DNA of 64,000 bases. Source: an uncultured delta proteobacterium (GTDB taxonomy: Bacteria > Desulfobacterota > Desulfobacteria > Desulfobacterales > JAFDCJ01). Numbering within the stretch: position 1 is the stretch's first letter; every line of letters starts with the position of its first letter. The DNA lies in NCBI GenBank assembly GCA_963769935.1, contig CAVYNY010000030.1, positions 1-64,000 of the forward strand. Direction: 5' to 3'. Positions 1-8,455 of the stretch are shown here, piece after piece. Under the pieces are notes generated by a model. The model searched no databases, was not told the origin of the DNA, and worked only from the letters and a program-made list of their open reading frames with translations. Position numbers and translations under genes: made by a program.

Positions 1-105
1 CAGCTTAACAGCTTATCAGCTTCCCAGCCTCCCAGCTTCTTTCCTTCTGCTCTTCTCATCTTCTGCGCTTCTGATCTTCTGTCATCTGTCTTCTGTATTC
101 TGTCC
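1..105. repeat. Degenerate short tandem repeat array (CAGCTTNN x5, then NNCTTCTG, then TCTGTNN), truncated at window edge
   Basis: cagcttaa-cagcttat-cagcttcc-cagcctcc-cagcttct ... tctgtca-tctgtct-tctgtat-tctgtcc; same motifs at 43100-43176 and in reverse complement at 2573-2625 and 48592-48629. Confidence 0.85.
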
Positions 106-135
106 CCCGTTGACGCATTCAGCCGGCGGCCGGGA

Positions 136-885
136 TTAACCGTAAAACTGCCCCAAAAAATAATTCATCTGCCGATACCACCAGGGCCAGTCGTGATTGA
201 CATCATAGCCCCAGTAATCGATCCAGGCCGGAACGGATTTTTCCCGCAAGAGATAGTCCAGATAGCGGGTGTCCGCTAAGGCCTCGTCTTCCCAGGCCCC
301 CTGCCCCACGCAAACGATAATCCGGCTCTGCCGGTAACGGTTCAGGTGGCCCGAATCGGTCAGACCGGGCAAATAGCTTAAAGGAGAGTTGAAATAGACG
401 GCGGGCAATTCGGCTGCCGACAGCTGAAATTCGGGTCGGTCCAGGCGGTAGAGACCGCTCAGGGCGATGGTGCCTTCGAATACATTCGGGTGCTTTAAGA
501 AAAAGTTGACCGCATGATAAGCCCCCATGCTGCAGCCGTTGGCCATCACCCGTTCTTCCGGTGTTCCACAGTGGTGACGGATAAAGGGAATGACTTCTTG
601 CACGATATAACGGTCGTAGGCTTCGTGCCGGGCATTGCGGTCGGCCGGAGAAACAGCCCAATTGTACCAGGACTCCGCATCGACACTGTCCACGCAAAAC
701 AGCTTGATCTTGCCGGCGTTGATAAATCCGGCCACGGCATCGATCATGCCCAGGCCCTCATAATCGAAATAGCGTCCCCCGGAGCATGGAAAGACAATGA
801 ATGGTTTACCCCAGTGGCCGTAAACTTTCAGGGCCATATCGCGGTTCAGGCGGCTACTCCACCATTGGTGATGTTCGATGTGCAT
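136..885 (-). CDS. Alpha/beta-hydrolase esterase family protein (COG4947-like)
   Basis: 249 aa; N-terminal YGHWGKPFIVFP, nucleophile elbow GCSMG, C-terminal VNHDWPWW. Confidence 0.85.
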   Translation of the reverse strand: MHIEHHQWWSSRLNRDMALKVYGHWGKPFIVFPCSGGRYFDYEGLGMIDAVAGFINAGKIKLFCVDSVDAESWYNWAVSPADRNARHEAYDRYIVQEVIPFIRHHCGTPEERVMANGCSMGAYHAVNFFLKHPNVFEGTIALSGLYRLDRPEFQLSAAELPAVYFNSPLSYLPGLTDSGHLNRYRQSRIIVCVGQGAWEDEALADTRYLDYLLREKSVPAWIDYWGYDVNHDWPWWYRQMNYFLGQFYG

Positions 886-1012
886 TTGATCAGCCTATGT
901 TTCTTTGTTGAAATTAGGGTTTTTGCAAACAGGTTCAAGATATAAGGCCGAAGACGTATGACATTTAGTAATGAAGCGGCGGATTGGAATACCGATGCCT
1001 CCAATAATGATA

Positions 1013-1241
1013 AATCTCAAATCTCAAGCACCAAATTTCAAATAAATCTCAAAATTCAATAGTCAATGACCAAAACAGGTTTGATGGTATCATAAAAAGC
1101 CAAAAATCTCCTTCTACCTTGATGGGAGAGGGTCGGGGTGAGGGTGAATAAGAAAGGGAAATTTGATTTTTTACGAGTTCATCAGGTTTGGAATTTTGGA
1201 TTTTGGTCATTGTTTGTATTTGGATTTGTTATTTGGAATTT
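1013..1241. repeat. Two-armed heptamer-repeat element (CAAGCACCAAATT family) hosting a nested MITE
   Basis: Left arm aaatctcaaatctcaagcaccaaatttcaaataaatctcaaa...gaccaaaac; right arm gtttggaattttggattttggtcattg...ttatttggaattt; sister copies at 4259-4694 and 30468-30617. Confidence 0.8.
1083..1183. mobile_element. Putative 101-bp MITE with imperfect terminal inverted repeats and 6-bp flanking direct repeat
   Basis: Ends GATGGTATCATAAAAAGCCAAA and rc GATGAACTCGTAAAAAATCAAA (16/22 identical); AGGTTT at 1077-1082 and 1184-1189. Confidence 0.7.
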
Positions 1242-1323
1242 CCGAATAATCCACACCTGCATCAGCTGCATCCTTAAGCCCTCTTGAGGTGCTTTAAGCC
1301 AAAGACAATAATACCTGGAGCCA

Positions 1324-2511
1324 TTATCCTGCCGAATCTTCTGTTTGGTGAATAAACTTAACAATTTCTAAAATTTGATCAAGACTGACCGCTCTGAAAA
1401 TATACCCGATATCGCCCAGCACACTGCTGATTACGCCCGGTACCTCTTCGATCTGGACCATAAAACTGCCGTACCGCGACCTGATGTCCTCATGGCTGTG
1501 GGCATAGTGCAGGTTGATTTTGCGGCTCGCATAACAGCAGTGGTAATGCCGCTCATAATTTACTTCCGTCTGTTGATGGACCAGAAGCTCGGCCCAGATC
1601 CGGTAGATATCGATATCACAGGCATAGTTGAACATATCGGTGGTGCACCCGCCCGGCGGCCGCATATTTACCTCGAGAGCAACATACTGTTCGGGCGCCG
1701 TCTGGAAGAATTCGATATGAAAAAAACGCTCTTTCACCTCAAAGACCTTGAGGCATTCGCGGCCGATCTTTTCAAGCTCGGGCGGAATATCCCGCAGCGA
1801 GTAGTAGTATATGTGCAGCGCGTCGTTGACGGTTTCCATAATGCCCTGGCTGAAGGCATGGGCCGTGTAAAATACGGGATTGCCGGTGCGGTCCGCCAGC
1901 CCGTCAAAAGAATAAATGGTGCCGGAAATAAATTCTTCCATGATGTAGTCGGTGTCGGGTTTGGACTTAAAAAAGGCTTCAAGATCTTTTTCATTATTAA
2001 GCCGATAGGTGCCAATGGCGCCCACACCGGCATCCGGTTTGGCAATGACCGGATATCCGGTTTCACGAATCAGACGGCGCGCATCATCAACGGATTGCAC
2101 GACCTGCCCCCGGGCAACCGGTACGCCGGCCTCACGGAATTTGGACTTCATGCGAGATTTACGGCGGATAAAATCAATTTCAGCGCCGCGCACACCGAAT
2201 ATATTAAAATCATCCCGCAGACGAGCTTCGGTGTTCAGCCAGTATTCATTCAGCGAATCCAGGCGATCGATCTTGCCGTAGTGGTGGGTAAAATAACCGC
2301 ACGCCCGCACCAGGGCATCATAGTTATGCAAATCATCCACCCGGTAGTATTCGGTGAGCGAATGGCGAACATCGGGCGATAGATAATCATAGGGTTCATC
2401 GCCGATTCCCAGCACATCGGCGCCCGCCTGTTTCAGACCCTGGCAGAACCGAAAGTAATGGGGCGGAAAATGGGGTGACAAAAATACAACGTTCATTGAT
2501 TTAACCTTCAT
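1324..2511 (-). CDS. ATP-grasp domain protein
   Basis: 395 aa; GYPVIAKPDAGVGA, YIMEEFI, FFHIEFF, LEVNMRPPGG motifs. Confidence 0.9.
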   Translation of the reverse strand: MKVKSMNVVFLSPHFPPHYFRFCQGLKQAGADVLGIGDEPYDYLSPDVRHSLTEYYRVDDLHNYDALVRACGYFTHHYGKIDRLDSLNEYWLNTEARLRDDFNIFGVRGAEIDFIRRKSRMKSKFREAGVPVARGQVVQSVDDARRLIRETGYPVIAKPDAGVGAIGTYRLNNEKDLEAFFKSKPDTDYIMEEFISGTIYSFDGLADRTGNPVFYTAHAFSQGIMETVNDALHIYYYSLRDIPPELEKIGRECLKVFEVKERFFHIEFFQTAPEQYVALEVNMRPPGGCTTDMFNYACDIDIYRIWAELLVHQQTEVNYERHYHCCYASRKINLHYAHSHEDIRSRYGSFMVQIEEVPGVISSVLGDIGYIFRAVSLDQILEIVKFIHQTEDSAG

Positions 2512-2559
2512 TATTAAGGCCTTAGTAGGCTCTATCTGACAAAATGTTGAAAAAAATTA

Positions 2560-2919
2560 AGGTGTCAGGTGTCAGATGATAGAGGATAGATGACAGAAGC
2601 TAGGAGACTCGGAAGCTGAGAAGTCCGTAAGCTCTTGAGCTCTTGAGTTCGTGAGCATCAAAACTCCCGAGAATTCAAGGAATCCAACTGTCCGTCAACC
2701 CAATTAGCAAATCAAATATCAGCCAGCCCTGCAGACCCTGTTACCAACCTTGACCCTGTACCCTGTATCTTAATTATCCTTAGCCTTCAACCTCCAACTC
2801 TATGCCGTGCGCCGTGGGCCATGCGCCGGAAACCAGCGCGCCAGATTCCACTCTCCGCGCGCACCCCGAACCGCACCCGCACCAACCCGCAACTCGCAAC
2901 GCGAACTCCGCAACCCGTA
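2560..2919. repeat. Composite array of 7-8-nt tandem repeat modules
   Basis: ggtgtca x2; agatgat/agaggat/agatgac; gaagctg; agctcttg x2; accctgt; gccgtgc/gccatgc; cccgcaa/ctcgcaa. Confidence 0.8.
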
Positions 2920-4083
2920 TCATCGGGTCTTCAACACGAAGTCTGCAATATCGAAAATTTCCGTTTCGGTCGGCGCGCGAAAAATATATCTTTCGTTTCC
3001 CATGGCCTGCCGGAAGAGAGGCGGATTTTGGTCATGCTCGACAAGACACTTCCCAAAGGCGGCGAGGATCTCTTCATGGCTGAATGCATAGTGCTTATCT
3101 TTGCGTCCGATGTAGCAACAGTAATATTTCTTTTGGGATTGAACCGTCGTGTAGCCGTTGACTATCAGCCGGGCATAGGCCCGGTACAAATCGTCGTCGA
3201 TACTGTAGTTCATCATGTCCAATATGGCCCCGCCCGGCGGCCGGCAGTTGATTTCGATGGGCATATAGGTTTCGCCGACTTTGAAAAATTCAAAATGAAA
3301 AAATTTTCGGCGAATATCAAATAACCGTACGAGTTTTCGACCGGCGGTCCGCAGGTCATCTGCAATGTGACGGTCGACGTAAAAAAAGGTGTCTTTGCCC
3401 AGGACGAATTCGAGAACTCCGTCGCCATAGACCAATGAGTTTTCAAAAACAACATTGCCGTCGTAGTCTGTCAGTCCGTCATAAGTGACGATACCGGCCT
3501 CGATAAACTCCTCGATAAGATAATCACCCCGGATACGGGACAGACACGATTTGAGCTCTGATTCATTATCGACCCTGTAAATTCCGCCGGCGCCGACGCC
3601 TTCATCCGGTTTTAATATCAGGGGATAGCCCAGACTGTCGGCCAACTGCCCAGCCTGTTTGAAATCCGTGACCTGTGCACCCCTGGCGGCCGGCAGTCCG
3701 ATTTTTTTAAAAAGCTGTTTCATGGCGGTTTTTTTCTTTAAACGGGCCAGGTCCCGCGTTTTGATACCGACCAGGTTGTATTTTTCATTTATCAAAGCCT
3801 CCAGGCACAGCCACTGTTCGTTGTGCGATTCCACCCGGTCGAAATTTCCGAGCTGTCCGGATGCGCTCATTTGAGCCAAAAGCTGATCCACTGCCCAATG
3901 GACAGCCTCGGGATCATTCAAATTCGTGCGGACGTACCAGGTCAGAGCCACGCGCAGGCTTGCGGGCATGCTATAAAAATCCGCATCACCGATGCCCCAG
4001 ACGCTAACCCCCAGTGCATGCAAATGCCGAATGAAATTCGCGTAATTGGGAGGAAACTCGGGAGATATGTAAAGGAAATTCAT
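2920..4083 (-). CDS. ATP-grasp domain protein, paralogue of 1324..2511
   Basis: 387 aa; GYPLILKPDEGVGA, FFHFEFF, IEINCRPPGG; similar N-terminus (SPEFPPNY vs SPHFPPHY). Confidence 0.9.
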   Translation of the reverse strand: MNFLYISPEFPPNYANFIRHLHALGVSVWGIGDADFYSMPASLRVALTWYVRTNLNDPEAVHWAVDQLLAQMSASGQLGNFDRVESHNEQWLCLEALINEKYNLVGIKTRDLARLKKKTAMKQLFKKIGLPAARGAQVTDFKQAGQLADSLGYPLILKPDEGVGAGGIYRVDNESELKSCLSRIRGDYLIEEFIEAGIVTYDGLTDYDGNVVFENSLVYGDGVLEFVLGKDTFFYVDRHIADDLRTAGRKLVRLFDIRRKFFHFEFFKVGETYMPIEINCRPPGGAILDMMNYSIDDDLYRAYARLIVNGYTTVQSQKKYYCCYIGRKDKHYAFSHEEILAAFGKCLVEHDQNPPLFRQAMGNERYIFRAPTETEIFDIADFVLKTR

Positions 4084-4258
4084 CGACGGTCTTCCCGGAT
4101 AAATTTTTCAGCAGCTCAATTTTGGTTACAAACTCAAGTAAGATAATGATGCTGTTTGAAATGTAAAGAGGGAATCATCTCCTGCCGTACTGCTGAGCGA
4201 AGCTGGGACAATCCTGCCTTGGGGGAAGGATTAGGGAAAGAGACCATCCGGCAAGGAT

Positions 4259-4694
4259 TAAATTCCAAGCACCAAATTATTTACCCTGTTAAATAATTCG
4301 ATGAATGGCGTGACCGTTCCTTTCGAAGATCACATTTTAAGCCTACTCGCAAATCCTTACAAGACAATTTAACAGGGCGTGTAAATCCCAAATCACAATA
4401 ATCAATGACCGGAACCGGCCAAACCAAAAAATTTTGCCGCGCTTTTTCTTGTTTTAAAATTTTTGGACTTTCGGCATAAAAGGATCGCTTATTTAAATAG
4501 AGTGATGACCAAACAGATGAAGTCCCGTTTGGAATTTTGACTTTTGGTCATTGTGATTTATTTGAGCCCGCCCTGGTGCGACTTGCTTGGGTTACACCTG
4601 TATCCTGCTCTGGCTTGGGCGTGAATTCAGCAAATACTTCAAGCGTTAAATCGGTCTGGGCCAGGGATTTGTGATTTGAGATTTGTGATTTTGA
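4259..4694. repeat. CAAGCACCAAATT-family two-armed element with nested insertions; right arm overlaps lpxK 3' end
   Basis: aaattccaagcaccaaatt ... aaatcccaaatcacaataatcaatgacc; gtttggaattttgacttttggtcattgtgatttatttg ... gatttgtgatttgagatttgtgattttg. Confidence 0.75.
4284..4377. mobile_element. Putative 94-bp MITE with perfect 11-bp terminal inverted repeats
   Basis: CCCTGTTAAAT ... ATTTAACAGGG interrupting the left arm of the host repeat. Confidence 0.65.
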
Positions 4695-5844
4695 TATGCG
4701 ACAGCCGGTCTTTAAGAAAGGCCAGAAAATCCTGCTCGCCATCACCAAAGGATACCCGCACCCCGACGACGACAAGATCCAGGTGAAACGGATTTTCAGG
4801 CGGTATTCGAACCAGATCCTTTTCCGTTGTTATCAGGCACCGGGCGTTCGCGTTTTCTGCGGCCGCAAGAATATGATTTAAATCATGCGGCGTGAAGCGA
4901 TGATGGTCGGCAAACTCAATAAATCCCGCAATCTTAAAGCCGATATTTTTTACCGTATCCTGAAAATCATGGTTGCGGGCAATGCCGGAAAAACCGAAGA
5001 CCTTCTCACCAGTCAATCTTCCGACCGCTTCCGGTGAGGAGCAATCCGTATTTCCATCAATCGAAATTTGGACTCCGCTTCTGATGGTGTAGCAATAAGG
5101 AACATAGGTCGATGCAAACACGGGCATTTGCGGCGAATGCTTTTTTATCAGCTCCATCGAGGATGCCGCGCGGCCGGCTCCATCGGCCCGGGATCGGGTA
5201 AAAATGCAGGCAGCGGCCCGCGCCAGTGCTGAAACCGGCTCCCTCAGAATACCCCTGGGCAGCAAGTGCCTGTTGCCGAAGGGATGCAGGTGATCCAGCA
5301 GGACAAGATCGACATCCCGCTTAAGCCTTAAATGCTGAAACCCGTCATCCAACACGACCACATCCGGTTGAAATTTATTCAACGCCAGCATGCCGGCGGC
5401 AAAACGGTCTTTGCCGACAATCACCGGCACGTCTTTGAGGCGGCCGGCAATCAGGTACGGTTCATCGCCGGCCTGTTCCGGCCCCATGTAAATCGATCGG
5501 CCGTCGCTGACAACACCGCCGCGGTTTTGGGCCGCGCCCCGGTAACCCCGGCTGACTATCGCGGGCCGGTACCCGAACCCTTTTATTTTTTCGGTCACAT
5601 ACATCGTCATGGGAGTTTTTCCGGTACCGCCCACGGCCAGGTTACCGACACAAATGACCCTGCACGGCAGTTTTCTGGCAGGGATTATTCTTTTCCGGTA
5701 ACCCAGCTGTCTGAGGCGCTGACCGGCACCGTAAAACAAAGATATCGTATAAAGCGCCGATGCCAGGGATATGACCGGGGCTTTAGCCTCGCTGTTCATG
5801 ACGGATTCCACTTTATTTTTAAATCCCAACATCTTATTGTGCAT
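4639..5844 (-). CDS. lpxK: Tetraacyldisaccharide 4'-kinase
   Basis: VGNLAVGGTGKTP, SRGY, GDEP, LDDGFQH, LLPRGILREP, TTEKD motifs. Confidence 0.95.
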   Translation of the reverse strand: MHNKMLGFKNKVESVMNSEAKAPVISLASALYTISLFYGAGQRLRQLGYRKRIIPARKLPCRVICVGNLAVGGTGKTPMTMYVTEKIKGFGYRPAIVSRGYRGAAQNRGGVVSDGRSIYMGPEQAGDEPYLIAGRLKDVPVIVGKDRFAAGMLALNKFQPDVVVLDDGFQHLRLKRDVDLVLLDHLHPFGNRHLLPRGILREPVSALARAAACIFTRSRADGAGRAASSMELIKKHSPQMPVFASTYVPYCYTIRSGVQISIDGNTDCSSPEAVGRLTGEKVFGFSGIARNHDFQDTVKNIGFKIAGFIEFADHHRFTPHDLNHILAAAENANARCLITTEKDLVRIPPENPFHLDLVVVGVRVSFGDGEQDFLAFLKDRLSHIKITNLKSQIPGPDRFNA

Positions 5845-6907
5845 TTAGAACACTGAATAAAGCCAGGCAGGCAAATATAAAATTGGACGCCCAGGCGGCA
5901 ATAACAGGCGGCAGCAATCCCCCATACCCAAGCGATAAACAAAAACTGTAGCTTATATAGTAAATAAAGATTACCCCAATGCCCAGGGCGATATTCACCG
6001 AAAGACCGTGTTTGGTTATTTTGCGGACCGCGAGACCGGCCCCGATAATGCATACAATCAGGCAGGCCACCGGTAAAGCTAATTTGCCCTGCAGATCCAC
6101 CCGGTAGGGGGTGGCATCATAGCCTTCGGCTTCCACGTCCCGGACGTAATCCATCAGCTCCATAAAACTCATTTCTTCCGACTTTTTGGCAACCCGCTGA
6201 AGATCTTCCGGCAGGAAGCTGATATTTTCGATTTTCTTCTCCTGAAACTTAACCTCATAGGATCCGGTTTGTGGATTCAGCACCTGCTCCATGATATCAT
6301 CAAACACCCAGTGTCCCTTTTGAAAGACGCCTTTGGCCGCATCAATGCGCCGCGTGAGTTTAAAGTGGTTATCAAAGTAATTGAGAGCAACGCCGGAAAT
6401 GGTCTTATCCCGGGGGTTGAAATAGGCAATAAAGGCGATGCAGCGAGGACTTTTGAACCAGATATCTTTCTGGCCCCTGGTCTGGGTGATTTTTTTTACT
6501 TCAACGCGGTAGATCTCGTTGGCCTGGCTGATGGTAAGCGGCACCACAACCTCGGATAATAAAAAGAGAAACATAGAAAAAAATAGGCCGAGGGCGAATA
6601 TCGGTCTGATGAAATAATAAATACTCATACCGCCGCATTTCAACGCAATAATCTCGTTGTTTTTATTCATCAGGCCGAAGGTGATGAGAACAGCCAGCAG
6701 GATGCCGACCGGTGTAATCTGGACCACAATCAGAGGTATCTTAAGCTCGAGAAACTCAATCATCCTGGAGACCGGTAAACCGGCTTCCATAAACTTGTCG
6801 ATGTTTTCGAAAAAATCAACTACCAGATAAATACCCACGGCCGCGGCCAGGACGATGAGGAAATGCTTTAGAATTTCTTTTATTAAATACCGATCGAGGA
6901 TGGACAT
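5834..6907 (-). CDS. lptG: LPS export ABC transporter permease LptG (start placed at MSILDRY)
   Basis: MSILDRYLIKE start, NEIIALKCGG motif, TM pattern; follows lptF. Confidence 0.9.
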   Translation of the reverse strand: MSILDRYLIKEILKHFLIVLAAAVGIYLVVDFFENIDKFMEAGLPVSRMIEFLELKIPLIVVQITPVGILLAVLITFGLMNKNNEIIALKCGGMSIYYFIRPIFALGLFFSMFLFLLSEVVVPLTISQANEIYRVEVKKITQTRGQKDIWFKSPRCIAFIAYFNPRDKTISGVALNYFDNHFKLTRRIDAAKGVFQKGHWVFDDIMEQVLNPQTGSYEVKFQEKKIENISFLPEDLQRVAKKSEEMSFMELMDYVRDVEAEGYDATPYRVDLQGKLALPVACLIVCIIGAGLAVRKITKHGLSVNIALGIGVIFIYYISYSFCLSLGYGGLLPPVIAAWASNFIFACLALFSVLNAQ

Positions 6908-7139
6908 TATTATATAGGTTGAACGGTTCAGGGTTTCCCGCCTTGGCGGGATTCCGGGTTGAAAAATCCCAACTCGTTCATTCAACCCGACCTATCCAAA
7001 TCTTCACTTTATGCTGCCCGTTAAAGAACGATGGAATTCGACAGAATATTTTTGGGCAAGGTTTTATCCTATTTTCCTAATAACGAATAACTAATAACAA
7101 ATAACTAGCTATAGCCTGAACGAAAAGTCCTGATTGCGG

Positions 7140-7196
7140 GTAGGTTGGGTTGAGCCCGATCGATTATGTTGGGTTTCGTCCCTCAACCCAACCTAC
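7140..7196. repeat. GTAG-type REP/REPIN-like hairpin
   Basis: GTAGGTTGGGTTGAG ... CTCAACCCAACCTAC, perfect 15-bp inverted repeat; degenerate relative at about 6914-6994. Confidence 0.8.
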
Positions 7197-7201
7197 GAAA
7201 A

Positions 7202-8455
7202 TTAGGCTCTTACGCTGATACGCATGCCCGAGGGCGAAACCCAACACCTGCGACGGACGGGTTTTCGTTCAACCACTAGCTGATAACGACCGAAACGGGC
7301 GAAAAACTTTTGCAGACGCCGAACCAGGTACTCTATCACTAAATTGCGTTCTCGGCCGGTTTGAAAGAGAAAGTAAAGTCCCAGGCCGCCCATGACCACG
7401 TTAGGCAGCCACATGCCGATCACAGGCGGATAGGCCCCGTTTTCGCCGAAGGCATATCCGGCCGTCAACATGATATAATATAGCAAAAAGAAGAAAAGAC
7501 ACAAAATTAATCCATAGGAACGCTTGGCTGTTTTAGACTGAATCCCCAGCGGAAAGGCAATCAATGATAGCGCCAGGCAGGCAACCGGAATCGAAAACCG
7601 GCGATGCAAAATGATCTGAGCATCATAATATTCTTCATCTTTGTCCGGATGATCGGCCATAAATTGGCGCAACTCGGCGATGCTCATCTCCTGCCGGCGT
7701 TTATATCTCTTTTCAGCACCGGAGAGTTCTTTTTGCAGATCTAGACTCAATTTATAGGTATTGAAGCTGATTGAATTCGCCGAACGATCTTTGCGGTTGG
7801 TTTGATGGATCGTTCCGTTGAACAATACCAGATGATACATCAATTTTTCGGGTTCGCTGTAAAGGCGCCCCTCCGGAGCAACCACGGTACTGATGACATC
7901 CGGCCGGCGTTTATCCTCGATGAAAACATCAATCAATTTTTTGTCTTTCAGATCGATCCGGTTGACATACAGCATGACGCCTTTGAAGGCGTCGTTGAAG
8001 GTCCTCTCCTTCAAACCGATATCGATATTGGAGGAAGCCATCTTGATCGCCATGTCTTCCAGGGCGGCTTTGGCCTGCGGCACCGCATACAGGGTTATAA
8101 ATCCGGTTAAAAGACAACCCGCAAGGCCGGAAATCAATACCGGCGGCAGCAGACCGTAAATGCTCAACCCGCAGGATTTAAGGGCGACGATTTCATTGTC
8201 GCTGGACATCCGTAAAAAAGTCAGCAATGTGGCCATCATGACGGACATGGGAAAAATAAACATCAAAAACCAGGGCATCATATACGCGATGAGCGCCAGC
8301 ACCGACCAGACGTTGAGATTATAGTTGACGATCCAATTGGTGATTTCGACCATCTTGCTCATTATGAACAAAAAGGAAAATACCAGTACATTGATGCAAA
8401 AAGGCGGCAGCATCTCCTTTAATATGTACCGATTGGTTATGGACATCATTTTCAT
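7202..8455 (-). CDS. lptF: LPS export ABC transporter permease LptF
   Basis: NRYILKEM, RMSSDNEIVALKSCG, HRRFSIPVACL; paired with lptG. Confidence 0.9.
   Translation of the reverse strand: MKMMSITNRYILKEMLPPFCINVLVFSFLFIMSKMVEITNWIVNYNLNVWSVLALIAYMMPWFLMFIFPMSVMMATLLTFLRMSSDNEIVALKSCGLSIYGLLPPVLISGLAGCLLTGFITLYAVPQAKAALEDMAIKMASSNIDIGLKERTFNDAFKGVMLYVNRIDLKDKKLIDVFIEDKRRPDVISTVVAPEGRLYSEPEKLMYHLVLFNGTIHQTNRKDRSANSISFNTYKLSLDLQKELSGAEKRYKRRQEMSIAELRQFMADHPDKDEEYYDAQIILHRRFSIPVACLALSLIAFPLGIQSKTAKRSYGLILCLFFFLLYYIMLTAGYAFGENGAYPPVIGMWLPNVVMGGLGLYFLFQTGRERNLVIEYLVRRLQKFFARFGRYQLVVERKPVRRRCWVSPSGMRISVRA

Noticed and set aside
1375..2382. Long antisense ORFs (also 13900-14592, 38730-39485, 35801-36451 and others)
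   Set aside because: Shadow frames of well-supported genes on the opposite strand.
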